NCBI RefSeq assembly: GCF_016433145.1
Contig: NC_058131.1
Span: forward strand, 176,286,924 to 176,350,923
Reading direction: 5' to 3'
From: Gracilinanus agilis
Lineage: Eukaryota
DNA length: 64,000 bases
The translations under genes were made by a program, and so were the position numbers. Of this stretch, positions 63,528 to 64,000 are shown in pieces. How positions within the stretch are numbered: the stretch's first letter is position 1; each line of letters opens with the position of its first letter. The notes under the pieces are model-generated. The model had not been told where the DNA came from, did not search any database, and was given only the letters and a program-made list of their open reading frames with translations.

Positions 63528-63707
63528 GAGTTTGGGGGAGTGACACACACCAGTTGCTGAGGAAGCTAAAACTGGTAGGTTTCTTTAACCCAGGAGTTCT
63601 GAGAAGTTAAAGCCCACTTGGTATCCACATTAAGTCAGACACCAATATCATGAAGACCCAGGAGAAGAGGGCTACCAGACTGTTTAAGGAGAGGTGAGCC
63701 AGCCCAG
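63528..63707 (+). pseudogene. RN7SL: Decayed 7SL RNA-derived retrocopy (7SL pseudogene or P7SL-type SINE)
   Basis: Collinear with 7SL as recalled: CCCAGGAGTTCTGAG ~ TCCAGGAGTTCTGGG; GGTATCCACATTAAGTCAGACACCAATATCATGA ~ GGTGTCCGCACTAAGTTCGGCATCAATATGGTGA; TAAGGAGAGGTGAGCCAGCCCAG ~ TAAGGAGGGGTGAACCGGCCCAG. Many differences are CpG transitions. Confidence 0.8.
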
Positions 63708-64000
63708 AGGAGAGAATAAATATGGCAAAACAGACAAAAAAAGAAACAATAGAAGAAAAGGTGCAGAGAAGGCAAAGCACAAGGTTTAACCCAGAGACAA
63801 TTAGTAAACCTATCCACTTGGAGCCATGTACTGGGATATATCTTTGGAGTAGTAGACAAAGGAAAGACTAAGGTTGAAAAGAACATCAAAAGCCAGCCTA
63901 ATGAGTTTGGGCTTAAAACTTCAAAATCACTACTTTTTGTATATAGGACCTTTATTCAAAAACATATCTCCCAAAAAAGAGGACAAAACATCTAACTGAT

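Noticed and set aside
1-64000. Prokaryotic or viral multi-gene system (operon, defence island, prophage, endogenous virus ORFs)
   Set aside because: There are no long or codon-biased ORFs and no gag/pol/env or non-retroviral protein motifs. The sequence is dominated by marsupial retroposons.

Overview
AT-rich, CpG-poor mammalian genomic DNA. It is almost certainly marsupial and probably Monodelphis domestica, judged from SINE-1/Opo-1-type SINEs, Mar1-type CORE-SINEs with RTE tails, marsupial L1 and a BovB-like RTE; family names are recognised from memory, not from a database search. I find no intact protein-coding gene, rRNA, tRNA gene or CRISPR array, and the supplied ORFs are chance frames in repeats, microsatellites or N-gaps. 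The window reads as intergenic or deep-intronic sequence made mostly of nested transposon remnants (L1, HAL1-like, L2, L3/CR1, RTE, CORE-SINEs, hAT MITEs, LTRs), with three larger assembly gaps (12713-13041, 38587-38765, 55674-56202). Main items the ORF track misses: (1) a young 460-bp composite SINE/RTE retroposon with a pure A55 tail and TSD (47163-47622); (2) a decayed metallothionein processed pseudogene inside an L1 (55159-55543); (3) a three-unit tandem array of palindromic inverted-CCAAT hairpins (60007-60243); (4) a 5'-intact, 3'-truncated L1 bounded by a TSD; (5) a candidate L1 3' transduction; (6) two size variants of one hAT MITE; (7) several TE-free, enhancer-like or structured islands, including a possible exon or box C/D-like RNA near 25.8-26.0 kb. 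I cannot support a new multi-gene system here; the best novelty candidates are non-autonomous retroelement architectures and non-coding elements. Boundaries of old repeats are approximate.
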